Positions 10,507-21,340 of a stretch of DNA of 64,000 bases are shown here, piece by piece (the stretch's first letter is position 1; the number at the start of each line of letters is the position of its first letter). The stretch comes from Longimicrobiales bacterium. Its GTDB lineage: Bacteria > Gemmatimonadota > Gemmatimonadetes > Longimicrobiales > Gaopeijiaceae. The notes below the pieces were generated by a model that searched no databases, was not told the origin of the DNA, and saw only the letters and a list, made by a program, of their open reading frames with translations. A program made the position numbers and the translations under genes. The stretch covers positions 320,001 through 384,000 of the forward strand of contig CBDFIQ010000001.1 in the NCBI GenBank assembly GCA_965248195.1. Direction: 5' to 3'.

Positions 10507-13098
10507 ATGCGGTTCATCAGGCCGATCGGCCGACAGATGTCAAGGAACCGCTCGCGAGCTGGATACGCGTCGAGCTACGCGCTCCTGCTGAGCACTGGGA
10601 TCGTGGGAGCGTTCCTGTGGGGTGCCGACGGATCGCTCCGGCAGGCGCAACCGGCCCAGACGCAATTGGTGCCCGCTCCCGGGCTCGATGTCGTCCAGCC
10701 GGGACTCCATCAGCAGAATCAGCAGGCGATTGATGTTCAGGCGGTCCTGGACACATACTGCGTCGTCTGTCATAACCCGAGACGAGGCACTGCCACCTTC
10801 GCGTTCGACACGCTGGACGCGTCGCGCCCGGGCACCCATCCCGCAACGTGGGAGAAGGTGGTTACGAAGCTTCGGACGGGCACGATGCCACCTGGCGGGA
10901 GGCGGCGGCCCGATCCGGAGACGTATGCGGCCGTGGCTGGCTGGTTGGAGACGGAGCTCGACGCCGCGTGGGCGGCCGATCCGTATCCAGGCAGGATCAA
11001 CGCGCTCCACCGCTTGAACCGCACCGAATACAACAACGCCATTCGCGACCTGTTGGCGCTCGATATCGATGTGAGAGAGCTGTTGCCCGGGGACGAGACG
11101 GCGGACGGCAGCTTCGACAACATCGCAGCGTCCCTCACGATTTCCACGGCCCATTTGGAACGATACGTATCGGTGGCCCGTCAGGTCACGCGTCTGGCGA
11201 CGGGCCTGCCCCCGGTAGGGGCGGATTTCAAGATCTTTCGAGTCGACGAGCTCCTGAAACAGACTGATCTGATGGGCGAAGATCTGCCGCTGGGATCTCG
11301 CGGTGGCATGGCCGTCCGCCATCAATTCCCGGCCGATGGTGAGTACCTCATCAAGGTCAACCTGACAGCGAATTATGCGGACTACCTCAAGGGGATGGGG
11401 TGGCCGCAAGAGATCGAGTTTCGCGTCGATGGCGAGCTGATGGGCCGGTTTACAGCGGGAGGGGAGGCCTTGGAATTCCGACCCGCCCCTGCCAGCTACG
11501 AAGGCGCCGGTCAGCCTGGGTTCGAGGGCGACTGGGAGTGGGAAGCGTACATGCAGGGCGCGGCGGACGATCACTTGGAGGTTCGCACCTTCATCACGGG
11601 CGGACCCCATGTCGTCGGAGTCGCATTCCCCATGTACATGTGGGAGCCGGAGGCCCTCCTCCCGCAACCGCCGCTGCGGGAGTGGGGGAAGACGTTGAAG
11701 GATGACGCCAGGTACATGGACTATCAGGGCGTGAACGATCTCATGATCGAAGGCCCCTACCAGATCTCCGAATCGACGGGCGATTCTCCCAGTCGTCGGG
11801 AGATCTTCGTCTGTAAGCCGGAGGCCGAAACGGAGGAGCCGGCCTGCGCTGCGAGAATTATCGAGCGGATGGCCCGGCGCGCCTTTCGGCGACCGGTCAC
11901 GGGCGAGGACCTCCAGAAGTTGATGGAGTTCTTCGATCAGGGTAGGCAGGATGGGCAGAGCTTCGACGCCGGCATTCAGTTCGCCCTCGAGCGGATGCTG
12001 GTCGACCCGGCTTTTCTGCTCCGTGTTTATCGGGATCCGCCGTCGCAGGCCACCCCCGACCCCTATCGCCTCAGCGACCTGGAGGTCGCCTCGCGGCTGT
12101 CTTTCTTCCTGTGGAGCAGCATTCCCGACACAACCCTGCTCGACCTGGCGGAGCAGGGGAGGCTTTCGGATCCCCCTGTTCTGAGACAGCAGGTGCTGCG
12201 AATGTTGGCTGATCCACGAGCCGCAGATGCGCTGACGCAGGGTTTCGCCAGCCAGTGGCTGAATTTGCGCGTCCTCGCCGACAAGGTAGCCGATGAGGAC
12301 CTATATCCTGTGTTCGACCACAATCTGCTGGAGGCGATGCGGCTCGAGACCGAAATGTTCGTCACCAGCACGATCAGCGAGGACCGGAGCGTCCTCGACC
12401 TCTTGAGGGCGGACTACACGTTCGTCAACGAACGGCTGGCACGCCATTACGGTATTCCCGACGTCTACGGCAGCCGCATGCGGCGGGTCACCCTCCCCAA
12501 CCTCCAGGAGCGCGGCGGATTGCTCGGGCAAGGCGCGCTGTTGGCGCTCACGTCGTATCCAAACCGGACGTCGCCCGTTCTGCGAGGCAAATGGCTGCTT
12601 GATAACATTCTGGGTACGCCCGTGCCGGCGCCCCCGGCTAGTGTAAACACCGATATCGAGGACGAGAGGTTTTCTCCAACCGCAACCATACGCGAGCGCA
12701 TGGAATCACACCGGACCGATCCCGTGTGCGCCACGTGCCATTCGGTCATGGATCCGCTCGGTTTCGCGCTGGAGAGCTTCGATGCCGTTGGGGCTTGGCG
12801 GACCAGAGACGAAAAAGGCCATCCGGTCGATGATTCCGGCGTCTGGCCGAGCGGTGCGGAGTTGGATGGATTTGCGGGTCTGCGCGCGATGTTGCTGGAT
12901 CAGAGCGACCAGTTCGTCAACACGGTGACCGCAAAGCTCATGACTTACGCTCTGGGGCGCAGACTCGAGTACTACGATCGGCCCGTGGTGCGCAGGATTG
13001 TGAGCGACGCGGAGGCGGACGAATACCGCTGGTCCTCGGTCATTGTCGGAATTGTCGAGAGTCCTGGCTTCTTGATGCGGGCACGCTTGACGCAATAA
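10507..13098 (+). CDS. DUF1592/DUF1588/DUF1587/DUF1595/DUF1585 planctomycete-type cytochrome c protein
   Basis: CVVCH and CATCH haem motifs; RLNRTEYNNAIRDLL, ASRLSFFLWSSIPD and TSPVLRGKW. Confidence 0.92.
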   Translation: MRFIRPIGRQMSRNRSRAGYASSYALLLSTGIVGAFLWGADGSLRQAQPAQTQLVPAPGLDVVQPGLHQQNQQAIDVQAVLDTYCVVCHNPRRGTATFAFDTLDASRPGTHPATWEKVVTKLRTGTMPPGGRRRPDPETYAAVAGWLETELDAAWAADPYPGRINALHRLNRTEYNNAIRDLLALDIDVRELLPGDETADGSFDNIAASLTISTAHLERYVSVARQVTRLATGLPPVGADFKIFRVDELLKQTDLMGEDLPLGSRGGMAVRHQFPADGEYLIKVNLTANYADYLKGMGWPQEIEFRVDGELMGRFTAGGEALEFRPAPASYEGAGQPGFEGDWEWEAYMQGAADDHLEVRTFITGGPHVVGVAFPMYMWEPEALLPQPPLREWGKTLKDDARYMDYQGVNDLMIEGPYQISESTGDSPSRREIFVCKPEAETEEPACAARIIERMARRAFRRPVTGEDLQKLMEFFDQGRQDGQSFDAGIQFALERMLVDPAFLLRVYRDPPSQATPDPYRLSDLEVASRLSFFLWSSIPDTTLLDLAEQGRLSDPPVLRQQVLRMLADPRAADALTQGFASQWLNLRVLADKVADEDLYPVFDHNLLEAMRLETEMFVTSTISEDRSVLDLLRADYTFVNERLARHYGIPDVYGSRMRRVTLPNLQERGGLLGQGALLALTSYPNRTSPVLRGKWLLDNILGTPVPAPPASVNTDIEDERFSPTATIRERMESHRTDPVCATCHSVMDPLGFALESFDAVGAWRTRDEKGHPVDDSGVWPSGAELDGFAGLRAMLLDQSDQFVNTVTAKLMTYALGRRLEYYDRPVVRRIVSDAEADEYRWSSVIVGIVESPGFLMRARLTQ

Positions 13099-13126
13099 GC
13101 GATCAACCGGTTCCATGGCATAGGAG

Positions 13127-14479
13127 ATGAGAGGAATGACATTCATCATTGGGAAACCACTATCTCGTCGGACTGTCCTGCGGGGCGTCGGAGCGGCGTT
13201 GTCGTTGCCATTCCTGGAAGCCATGTCGCCAACCAGGTTCGGTCTGCGCGGGCAGGTCCCCGCCAAGCCCACACATCGGTTTCAGACGATCTATGTGCCG
13301 AACGGGATGGCCATGGAGTACTGGACCCCACAGGAAGTGGGAAGGCACTTCGAGCTTTCACCCGTCTTGGAACCGATGGCGCCGTTCAAGGACCAGATGT
13401 TGGTGCTCTCCGGCCTCGATGGGACCTGGCCCGCCAACCACGCCGGGGCATCGGGGTCGTTCCTGACGGGCACGACACGTGGGGGGCGGAACAATACCGA
13501 AACTTTGGCGGACGTCTCGATCGACCAGTTGCTGGCGAGGGAATTCGGACGGGAGACGCAGGTCGCGTCACTCGAGCTTTCGATGGACAAACCGGCCAAC
13601 GCGGGGGTTTGCGATCTCACCCTGAATTGTGTCTACACGCATACCCTTTCGTGGCGTAGCCCCACGCAGCCGTTGCCGATGGAGTCCAACCCGCGGGCGG
13701 TGTTCGAGCGGCTGTTCGGCGACAGCGGCAGCACGGAGCGGGGGGCGCGGGAAAGGCGGCTGCGACAGCAACGGAGCATCCTGGACTCGGTGAGGGATGA
13801 GGTGGCGGCTCTCAAGAGGGAGCTTGGGCCGCAGGACAACCTGAAGATCGATGAATATGCAGAGGCGGTCCGTGACGTCGAACGGCGCATTCAAAAGGCC
13901 GAGGAACAGATCGACCTCGAGCTGCCGTTCTTCGATGCGCCCCAAGGCGCCCCGACTTCGTATGAGGAGCACATGGAGCTGATGTTCGACTTGCAGCTCC
14001 TGGCCTTCCAGGCTGACCTGACGCGGGTCAGCTCATTCATGCTCGGCAAGGAACAGAGCGCTCGACCGTACCCGCAGATCGGCGTGCCCGACGCGCACCA
14101 CCCGCTGTCGCACCACAACAACGTCCCCGAGCTGATCGAGCGAATGTCGAAGATCAACCGGTATCACATCGAGTTGGTCTCCCGGTATTTAGGGAAGCTT
14201 CGCGAGACGCCCGATGGTGATGGCTCGCTTCTGGACCACATGACGATCCTGTATGGGGCCGGCATTTCCAACAGCACGCGGCATTCGTCCCTGGACCTGC
14301 CCGTGATGTTGCTCGGCGGCGGGAGCGGACGCCTCGACGGCGGCCGGCATCTCAGCTATACCGACTCACCCGTGTTGGCGAACCTGCACGTCACCCTGCT
14401 GGACAAGCTCCACATGCCGCTCGATCGGTTCGGGGGCAGCACCGGCCGACTCGAGATCGATACGCTGGCCGAGTTGTAG
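13127..14479 (+). CDS. DUF1552 (HXXSHH) protein with Tat-like signal
   Basis: SRRTVLRG..LPFLEAM, YVPNG and HHPLSHH. Confidence 0.92.
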   Translation: MRGMTFIIGKPLSRRTVLRGVGAALSLPFLEAMSPTRFGLRGQVPAKPTHRFQTIYVPNGMAMEYWTPQEVGRHFELSPVLEPMAPFKDQMLVLSGLDGTWPANHAGASGSFLTGTTRGGRNNTETLADVSIDQLLAREFGRETQVASLELSMDKPANAGVCDLTLNCVYTHTLSWRSPTQPLPMESNPRAVFERLFGDSGSTERGARERRLRQQRSILDSVRDEVAALKRELGPQDNLKIDEYAEAVRDVERRIQKAEEQIDLELPFFDAPQGAPTSYEEHMELMFDLQLLAFQADLTRVSSFMLGKEQSARPYPQIGVPDAHHPLSHHNNVPELIERMSKINRYHIELVSRYLGKLRETPDGDGSLLDHMTILYGAGISNSTRHSSLDLPVMLLGGGSGRLDGGRHLSYTDSPVLANLHVTLLDKLHMPLDRFGGSTGRLEIDTLAEL

Positions 14480-14484
14480 GGACT

Positions 14485-15969
14485 ATGTGGATGACACCCA
14501 GGCGGTCATGCCTGACCTTACTCGGGCTGGCTCTGATCCTCATCGGGGCCGATGGGAGTGATCACCCGCTGGTCGACGCGGCGAAGAACGGTGACAGGGT
14601 CGCGCTGCAGACGCTCTTGAACGAAGGAGCCGACGTCAACGCGCAAACGGCTGACGGTTCCACCGCTCTCCTCTGGGCGAGTTACAGGGACGATCTCGAG
14701 AGCGCAGAGCTCCTGATTCGCGCCGGCGCTGACGTGAACATCGGCAATGATCTCGGCGCAACGCCGATCTGGGCTGCGAGCCGAAACGGCAGCGCGGCCA
14801 TGGCCGACGAGTTGTTGGCGGCGGGAGCAGATCCCGACGCGCCGCTGTTGCTCGGCGAGACGCCGCTCGTCACGGCCTCTCGCTCGGGTAACCCCGAGGT
14901 CGTCAGGATGCTGCTCGAGAAGGGCGCCGACGTGAACGCCCGTGGGGCCCGCGGCCAGACGCCACTCATGTTCTCGGCGGCGCAGCGACACCCGGACGTC
15001 GTGAGGGTCTTGCTGGAGCACGGTGCGGACGTTCATGCCGTATCGGATTCCTGGAGCCAGTTGATGGCCCAGAGCCCGCATTCTCACCCCGAGCATCAGG
15101 CCTGGGTCCAGCATGGGGGCAACACCGCGCTGATGTTCGCCGCTCGGGTGGGCGATCTCGAGTCCGCAAAGCGCCTCGTGGCCGCCGGCGCCGACGTGGA
15201 CGCACCATCCGCCTGGGGCTCCACGCCGTTGGCCATCGCGACGTACGCCGACTTTGGAGAACAGTTCCTGATCCGGGAGCAGACCACCAGGCAGCTGGTA
15301 TACTTCGATCGCGATCAGATCCTCCCTGGGCAATTCGGCGAATTCGTAGAGTTTCTGCTCGAGCGGGGCGCCGACCCGAACGCGGGAGCCCACCGCTTCA
15401 CCCCGCTGATCGCCGCGGTCCTGCGTCAGAACGAGAAGACAGTGGAGCTCCTCCTTGCCCACGGCGCGGATCCCGATCTCCTGCTCGGGGATTTCACGCC
15501 GCACCAACGCGGATCGACCACGGATTTCTATCTTCACAAGTCATGGGTGGGAGCCACTCCACTCTGGCTTGCTGCGCGTTTCAGCACCCCGCCAATCGTG
15601 CGCCGCCTGCTGGAGCACGGAGCCGATCCGTTGTTCGTGCATCACGGCGTGTACTACGGTGGGGGTCAGGGCGGCGTTCTGTCTCCACGACAGGAGGAGA
15701 TTACCACGACTCTGATGGCAGCGGTCAAGATGGGTACCGGGAGGGCGTGGACTGTGGTGGAGGCTGATGAGGCGAGGGTGCTGGACACCGTCAAGCTGCT
15801 GGTGGAGGCTGGTGTCGATCTTGATGCCGTCGGCAATGCACGAAATCGGGGCGTAGGTGGAGCGACCACGGCACTCGAGGCCGCGATCATCCTGGAGTAC
15901 GACTCGGTCGTGGAGTTTCTCGTCGGGGAGGGCGCCGTCACGGCGGCTGCGCCCGGTTCCTTTCGGTGA
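14485..15969 (+). CDS. Exported ankyrin-repeat protein
   Basis: Many G.TPL/GSTALLWA ankyrin repeats. Confidence 0.9.
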   Translation: MWMTPRRSCLTLLGLALILIGADGSDHPLVDAAKNGDRVALQTLLNEGADVNAQTADGSTALLWASYRDDLESAELLIRAGADVNIGNDLGATPIWAASRNGSAAMADELLAAGADPDAPLLLGETPLVTASRSGNPEVVRMLLEKGADVNARGARGQTPLMFSAAQRHPDVVRVLLEHGADVHAVSDSWSQLMAQSPHSHPEHQAWVQHGGNTALMFAARVGDLESAKRLVAAGADVDAPSAWGSTPLAIATYADFGEQFLIREQTTRQLVYFDRDQILPGQFGEFVEFLLERGADPNAGAHRFTPLIAAVLRQNEKTVELLLAHGADPDLLLGDFTPHQRGSTTDFYLHKSWVGATPLWLAARFSTPPIVRRLLEHGADPLFVHHGVYYGGGQGGVLSPRQEEITTTLMAAVKMGTGRAWTVVEADEARVLDTVKLLVEAGVDLDAVGNARNRGVGGATTALEAAIILEYDSVVEFLVGEGAVTAAAPGSFR

Positions 15970-16916
15970 GGCCTGTCGGCGGCAAGCCCCAGTGGTTGAT
16001 ATCTCTTGGCTTGGTCGTTCTGTGTGGAGTAAGCTCTGCGCGAGCTGAGAGCACCGAAGCGCCCGCGGATGATGCGGCCCAGGATCAAGCGTCCGGCGGC
16101 GGCTATCAGATGGTCGAGGATTGGATTACCGGGCCGGAAGACATCGGCGGAGTGTCCGGGGTAACCACCGATGATGAAGGTAACATCTACGCATTCAGGC
16201 GCGACGCCAACAATGTCTGGAACCTCGATCCGGCGGGTAAGCTGGTGAAGGAGTGGGGCCAGGACATCGCCATGTGGACGCATGCCATCCGCGTCGACCA
16301 CGAAGGATTTATTTGGACCATCGACGGGCAGGGCCATCAGGTCAAGAAGTGGAGCGCTGACGCGAGCAAGCTCCTGATGACCCTCGGCAGCTACGACGTT
16401 GCCGGGGACGGACCCGACACGTTCAACCGGCCTACCGATGTGGCTGTCGCTCCGAACGGCGATTTCTTCGTGTCGGATGGGTATGTCAACACGAGAGTGG
16501 CCAAGTTCGACAGGACCGGTCGGTTCATCAAGGACTGGGGCGGGGCGGGCACGGAACCGGGCCAGTTCAACACGGTCCACAGCCTCACCATCGACTCGCG
16601 GAGTCGGGTGTTAGTAGCCGATCGCGAGAATAGCCGGGTGCAGATTTTCGATCTTGAGGGCAATTTTTTGGACCAGTGGACCCACCTGGGTACCCCCTAC
16701 GCTTTGTTCCTCACCCAGGATGACCGGCTCTTTGTCGCTGATGGCGTCAACGCCAAAGTGTGGATCGCCGACGCCGGCGACGGGACGCTCCTGGGTACGA
16801 TCGAGGGAACAGAAGGCATCCATTGGGTCGCCGTGGACCCGGCTGGGAATGTCTATGCCGCCTCGAACCGAAGCCACTATTTGAGGAAGTACTCGAAAGT
16901 GGGGGCGACGCACTGA
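15966..16916 (+). CDS. NHL-repeat (peptidyl-alpha-hydroxyglycine lyase-like) protein
   Basis: FNRPTDVAV, VSDGYVNTRV and VADRENSRVQIF. Confidence 0.88.
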   Translation: MRPVGGKPQWLISLGLVVLCGVSSARAESTEAPADDAAQDQASGGGYQMVEDWITGPEDIGGVSGVTTDDEGNIYAFRRDANNVWNLDPAGKLVKEWGQDIAMWTHAIRVDHEGFIWTIDGQGHQVKKWSADASKLLMTLGSYDVAGDGPDTFNRPTDVAVAPNGDFFVSDGYVNTRVAKFDRTGRFIKDWGGAGTEPGQFNTVHSLTIDSRSRVLVADRENSRVQIFDLEGNFLDQWTHLGTPYALFLTQDDRLFVADGVNAKVWIADAGDGTLLGTIEGTEGIHWVAVDPAGNVYAASNRSHYLRKYSKVGATH

Positions 16917-16962
16917 CAGCTGTCGCATGCGGCAGCGACCGCTGAGTGCAACAGCCTACGGA

Positions 16963-16997
16963 GCGTACGTACGATCACACCTCAAACGTACGTACGC
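16963..16997. terminator. Hairpin between convergent NHL genes
   Basis: GCGTACGTACG-N13-CGTACGTACGC inverted repeat. Confidence 0.45.
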
Positions 16998-17023
16998 CCC
17001 GCACAGAAGCGTAACGTGCGAAC

Positions 17024-18073
17024 CTACGGACGCACCCGCATGTACTTTCGGAGTTGCCGCGGCCGAGGTTCCCCTCCGTACATGTTACCGTCGCGATCCA
17101 CCGCGACGAACTCCGCCCCGTTCCCCGCGGTGTCACGGGGATCCGCCCAGGGGAAGCGGATGAACTCGGTCACCCAACCCGTCTCGATCTCCCCGATCCG
17201 AATCCCCATTTCCCAGCCCGGGTTCTGCACGTCGTCGGATTCGGAGTCTGCCACGTAGATCAGCCCGTTACTGTCGAATGCAATTCCGCTGGGGCGCCCG
17301 AATTGGGTCCAGGTGGCGATGTGATTCCCCTGCTGGTCGAAAATCTGGATGCGGCTGTTGCTCCGATCTCCCACGAAGACCCGCCCGCTCGGGTCGATGT
17401 CGATGGCGTGGAGCGAACGGAACTCGCCTGGGCCGTACCCGGTCTGTCCCCAGGACATCAGGAACTCCCCGCGGCGGTTGAACTTTACCACACGGTTGTT
17501 GCCGTTGCCGTGGCCGTCCGCGACGAAGATGTCCCCGTTTTCCGCAATGGCGACGTCGCTCGGGGAGGTAAAGTGATTCCGGCCACCACCCTCCTCTCCA
17601 CCCGTGCCCAGGATCATGAGCACCTCGCCGCGCCCGCTGAACTTGATGACCCGGTGGCCCCGGTCGTCACCTTCGGGAATGTTCCCCGAGCCCACGCCGT
17701 CCGTGACCCACACATTGCCGTCAGAATCTACGTCGATCCCGTGCGGCCAGATGAACAACCCGCCTCCGAAGCTCTCCACCATGTTGCCGTCGGGATCGAA
17801 TTTGAGGACCGGGTCTAGATCGGAGTCGCGGCACTCGTCTCCGAACCTTTCAGCCCCCGCATCGCAGCGGACGACCGCCCAGACATGCCTCCCATCCGGA
17901 TCGATGGTGGCCTTGCCCACAGCGCCCATCTCCCTTCCACCCGGCAGCTTCGCCCAGCCGTCGACTATTGCGTACCGATTCGATGAGTTCTGAGCGACGG
18001 CCTGTTCGGTCGAAGCAATCAGAGTGATGCCGAGCAACGCGGCAATCCACATAACGGATCTAGGAATCGACAT
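17024..18073 (-). CDS. NHL-repeat protein with signal peptide
   Basis: PHGIDVD, PSDVAI, VADGHGNGNNRVVKF and VGDRSNSRIQIF. Confidence 0.88.
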   Translation of the reverse strand: MSIPRSVMWIAALLGITLIASTEQAVAQNSSNRYAIVDGWAKLPGGREMGAVGKATIDPDGRHVWAVVRCDAGAERFGDECRDSDLDPVLKFDPDGNMVESFGGGLFIWPHGIDVDSDGNVWVTDGVGSGNIPEGDDRGHRVIKFSGRGEVLMILGTGGEEGGGRNHFTSPSDVAIAENGDIFVADGHGNGNNRVVKFNRRGEFLMSWGQTGYGPGEFRSLHAIDIDPSGRVFVGDRSNSRIQIFDQQGNHIATWTQFGRPSGIAFDSNGLIYVADSESDDVQNPGWEMGIRIGEIETGWVTEFIRFPWADPRDTAGNGAEFVAVDRDGNMYGGEPRPRQLRKYMRVRP

Positions 18074-18273
18074 GATGTCACCTCTCACTTCGGCGTGGTC
18101 CAAGGGACCCTGGTAAGGAGCGTCTAAACGCGTCGGTGTCACGCGCGCGCAAGAGAAGCCCCGCAGGACTCCTCGCTAGGGGGAACCGTACGCGCCGGGG
18201 TTTTCCGGGGCAAGGGTAGAAGGGGTGGGAGCCGAGGTATTCGCGCAGAGCCGTCGCCACGATAGCTTGATGA

Positions 18274-19113
18274 ATGCCCATTCCCATTCGTGAGCGCGGC
18301 TACCGTCATCCGGAGCTCCTGACGGAGACCGTTTGGCTCGCCGGTCACCTGTCCGATCCGACGGTTCGCGTCGTCGATGCTCGGTCTGACGAGGACTACG
18401 CTCGCGACCACGTTCCCGGTGCCGTTCACCTTGATGGCTACACCCTCGGCGGCCTGCGCACAGGGTCCGCGATGCCAGAGCCCGAGGCCTTCGCTCACCT
18501 GGTCGGGGAGCTTGGAATCGACGAGCACACAAAGGTCGTCGTCTACGACGCGGGCGGGCCACCGACGGCGGGAATCGTCGTCTGGGCGTTCCTCTATTAC
18601 GGCCATCCCGATTCCTCTTTGCTCGATGGTGGGTTGACGAAGTGGACCGCCGAGGGGCTATCACTTTCCAACGACGCCCCGGCCCACGAACCCAAGACGT
18701 TCGCAGCTCGCCTAGCAGGGGGCGTCTACTGCTCCCTGGACCAGGCCAAGGCCGCCGTCGATGACGACGGCGTCGTCTTCTGGGACGTGCGCGGCGTCGG
18801 CGAGTTCGAGGGGACGAAGAAGGGGTGGAATGCTCCGCCCCGGCTCGGGCACCTGCCGGGGGCCATCCACTTGGAGTGGGCCGAGCTTTTCGATTCTGAC
18901 AACGGGACGTTGAAGCCTGCCGCCGAGCTCACCACGCTCCTCGGGGCCAAGGGGATCACACCGCAAGCCAAGGTCGTTTCCTACTGAGGAGGCGGTGCGC
19001 GGGCGGGTCTCGCGGCGGTTGTCCTGAAGATCCTGGGTTACGCCCGGGCATCGAACTACGCCGGATCCTTTAACGAATGGGCCAATCAGCCTGACACCGA
19101 AGTGGAGCGCTGA
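18274..19113 (+). CDS. Tandem-domain rhodanese/sulfurtransferase, probable selenoprotein (Sec at TGA 18985-18987), 279 aa
   Basis: HVPGAV and GHLPGA motifs; reading through TGA gives VVSY-U-GGGARAGLAAVVLKILGYARASNYAGSFNEWANQPDTEVER, the normal rhodanese C-terminus. Confidence 0.9.
18998..19014 (+). promoter_or_regulatory. Putative bacterial SECIS hairpin
   Basis: 10 nt after UGA: CGCGGG-CGGGU-CUCGCG (6 bp including one G-U). Confidence 0.7.
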
Positions 19114-19186
19114 CGCAAAACAGCGATGGCCGGAGGCGATCCCACCCCCGGCCACCCCGACCCCGCTGGTATACCTAGCTTGGACG

Positions 19187-19795
19187 TTACGTACCGAACG
19201 TTTCGAAGTTTGACGCCTCCAGCCCGCAGATCTTCCCAGTGATGTCACTGCTGTTGCCTGACTCACCGGTGACGACGGAGAATGTCACATCAAAGGCGCA
19301 ACTGCCGGTGCGCCCGTCGCTCGACGTGAAGCTGAATCCCCCCTTCTCCATCCCGCTCACCGTCAGAGAGCCTTCCGAAGAAGTCATGTCGAGAACGACT
19401 TTGATCTCAGGGGCTCCATCAAGCGTGAACGTATTCTCGTCATCGCCGACCACGCATCCGTGCGGATTCAAACTCACATCCATTGTGATATCCATGTCGA
19501 ACGTCTCGTCGTTGATGCTGCCCGATATCGAGCCGCTCATCTCGAGGTTTCCCGACTCGCATGGAACGGACTCGTCGAAACTCTCGTCGACGGAAATCGC
19601 GGCCTGGGCGGGTGGGGCCTGCGCCGCGACGCCGACAGACTCGAACGCCGAACCCAACGCAGCCATGACGACGGCGACTTCGGCGGCTGTGAGCTCGTCG
19701 CCGGAAGTGACGCCGGTGGGGTCGTCGCTACAGGCGACAACTGTGAGGGCCACGGCGGTAGTCAGCCCAATGAAATTCCTGGATATTTTGCGCAT
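19187..19795 (-). CDS. Hypothetical lipoprotein
   Basis: MRKISRNFIGLTTAVALTVVAC lipobox; IS256 inserted about 50 bp upstream. Confidence 0.75.
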   Translation of the reverse strand: MRKISRNFIGLTTAVALTVVACSDDPTGVTSGDELTAAEVAVVMAALGSAFESVGVAAQAPPAQAAISVDESFDESVPCESGNLEMSGSISGSINDETFDMDITMDVSLNPHGCVVGDDENTFTLDGAPEIKVVLDMTSSEGSLTVSGMEKGGFSFTSSDGRTGSCAFDVTFSVVTGESGNSSDITGKICGLEASNFETFGT

Positions 19796-19844
19796 GCTAT
19801 TACGTTTCCTCGATGACCCTCGAGCCGCACCCGGGAATCGGGAG

Positions 19845-21219
19845 GGTAGTGTCCCTAGATTTGTGTAAAAGCGGATAAGCTGGACAGGAGGGAAAGAAAA
19901 ACGGAAGCTCCTCTGTTGTTGTTCACTGTCACATGAACCCGGGAGTCCGGGTCTGCAGAGCAGGCTCGGAACCGGAGAGGAGCTTCCGATGCAAGAGATT
20001 GTGGAGATCGGTCGGGCCACGCAAGACGAGCTACGCGATGATTTGCGCGAGCTGTTTCAAGGCGCGATCCGGCTGACGCTCGAGATGGTGCTGGAAGAGG
20101 AGCTGAAGGCCATGGTAGGTGCACGCCGCTTCGAGCGGGTGGGAAGCCGGAAGGACCATAGGAACGGCACATACCTGAGGCGGCTGCTGACGAGCCTGGG
20201 GCAGATCGAGGTCGCCATGCCCCGGAGCCGGGACAACGGTTCGCCGGCCGACGTGATCGGCCGCTACCAGCGCAGGAGCCCCGAGCTCGACGAGATGATG
20301 GTCGAGGCGTATGTGAGCGGCGTGTCACAGCGCAAGATGGGCGACGTCACCGAGGCGCTGATGGGCGAGCGTGTTGGGCGCTCGACGGTGAGTCGTGTGG
20401 CAAAACGGCTCGACGAGGCCGTGGAAGGCTGCGCCGTGCGCCGATCGAGGGGCCTCACCCCTATCTGTACCTGGACGCCACGTTCTTGGACGCCCGCTGG
20501 GCCCGCAAAGTCGAGAACGTGAGTGCGCTCGTGGCGTATGCAGTGGGCCCTGAGGGTCACCGACGGCTCCTGGCCGTCACGCTGGGCGCTGAGGAGTCGC
20601 AGCAGAGCTGGTCGGAGCTCCTCGAGCAACTCCAGGACCGCGGCCTCGGCGGTGTCGAGCTCGTGATCGCCGATGAGCACGCAGGCCTGGCAGCTGCGGT
20701 CCGCCGCTTCCTGCCCGAGGCACGCCGTCAGAGGTGTACGGTCCATCTGCAGCGTAATGTGGGGGCGAGGGTCCCCCACCGCCTACGCAAGCGCGTGGCG
20801 CGTGAGGTCTCGGTGATCTTCCAGACATCCGGACTCGCCGAGGCGAAGAAGCTCCTGGGCGAGTTCGGCGCACGCTGGAAGAAGGAGCTGCCCGAGGCCG
20901 TGGAGGTCCTGGAGCGGGGCTTCGGGGCAGCGACGCAGTTCTACGCGTTCCCCGAGGCGCACTGGCCCCGGCTGCGTACCACCAACAGCCTCGAGCGGCT
21001 GCACGGCGAGATCAAACGCAGGATCAAGGCCGCCGGCGCCTTCCCGGACCGGGCCAGCGCCCTCAGGCTCATCACGGCCGTCGCACTCAGGACCACACAC
21101 GTCTGGGGCGACCGGCGTTACCTCGACCTCTCACTCCTCCAGAAACAGGAGGTCGCCCAAGCAGCCTAGCCGAAGGCGAGGAGCTTCCTCCGCTTTTACA
21201 CACAAATCGGGACTTGACC
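19845..21219 (+). mobile_element. IS256-family element, copy A
   Basis: Imperfect IRs GGTAGTGTCCC..TGTGTAAAAGCGGA; flanking direct repeat AATCGGGAG (19836-44 / 21220-28). Confidence 0.92.
19989..21169 (+). pseudogene. IS256 transposase with a 1-bp frameshift near 20428
   Basis: GTGGAAGGCTG here versus GTGGAAGGGCTG in intact copy B; may be a homopolymer sequencing error. Confidence 0.75.
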
Positions 21220-21340
21220 AATCGGGAGCCCACTCGCAGAGGGTCGAAGCTCTAATAGAAGATTAGGAAGCCACAGGGCCCTGGGGCCAGAAGTTTTTTT
21301 TGGGGGGAATTTTGGGAGGAAGAGGTAGCGGCGGAGGCTC

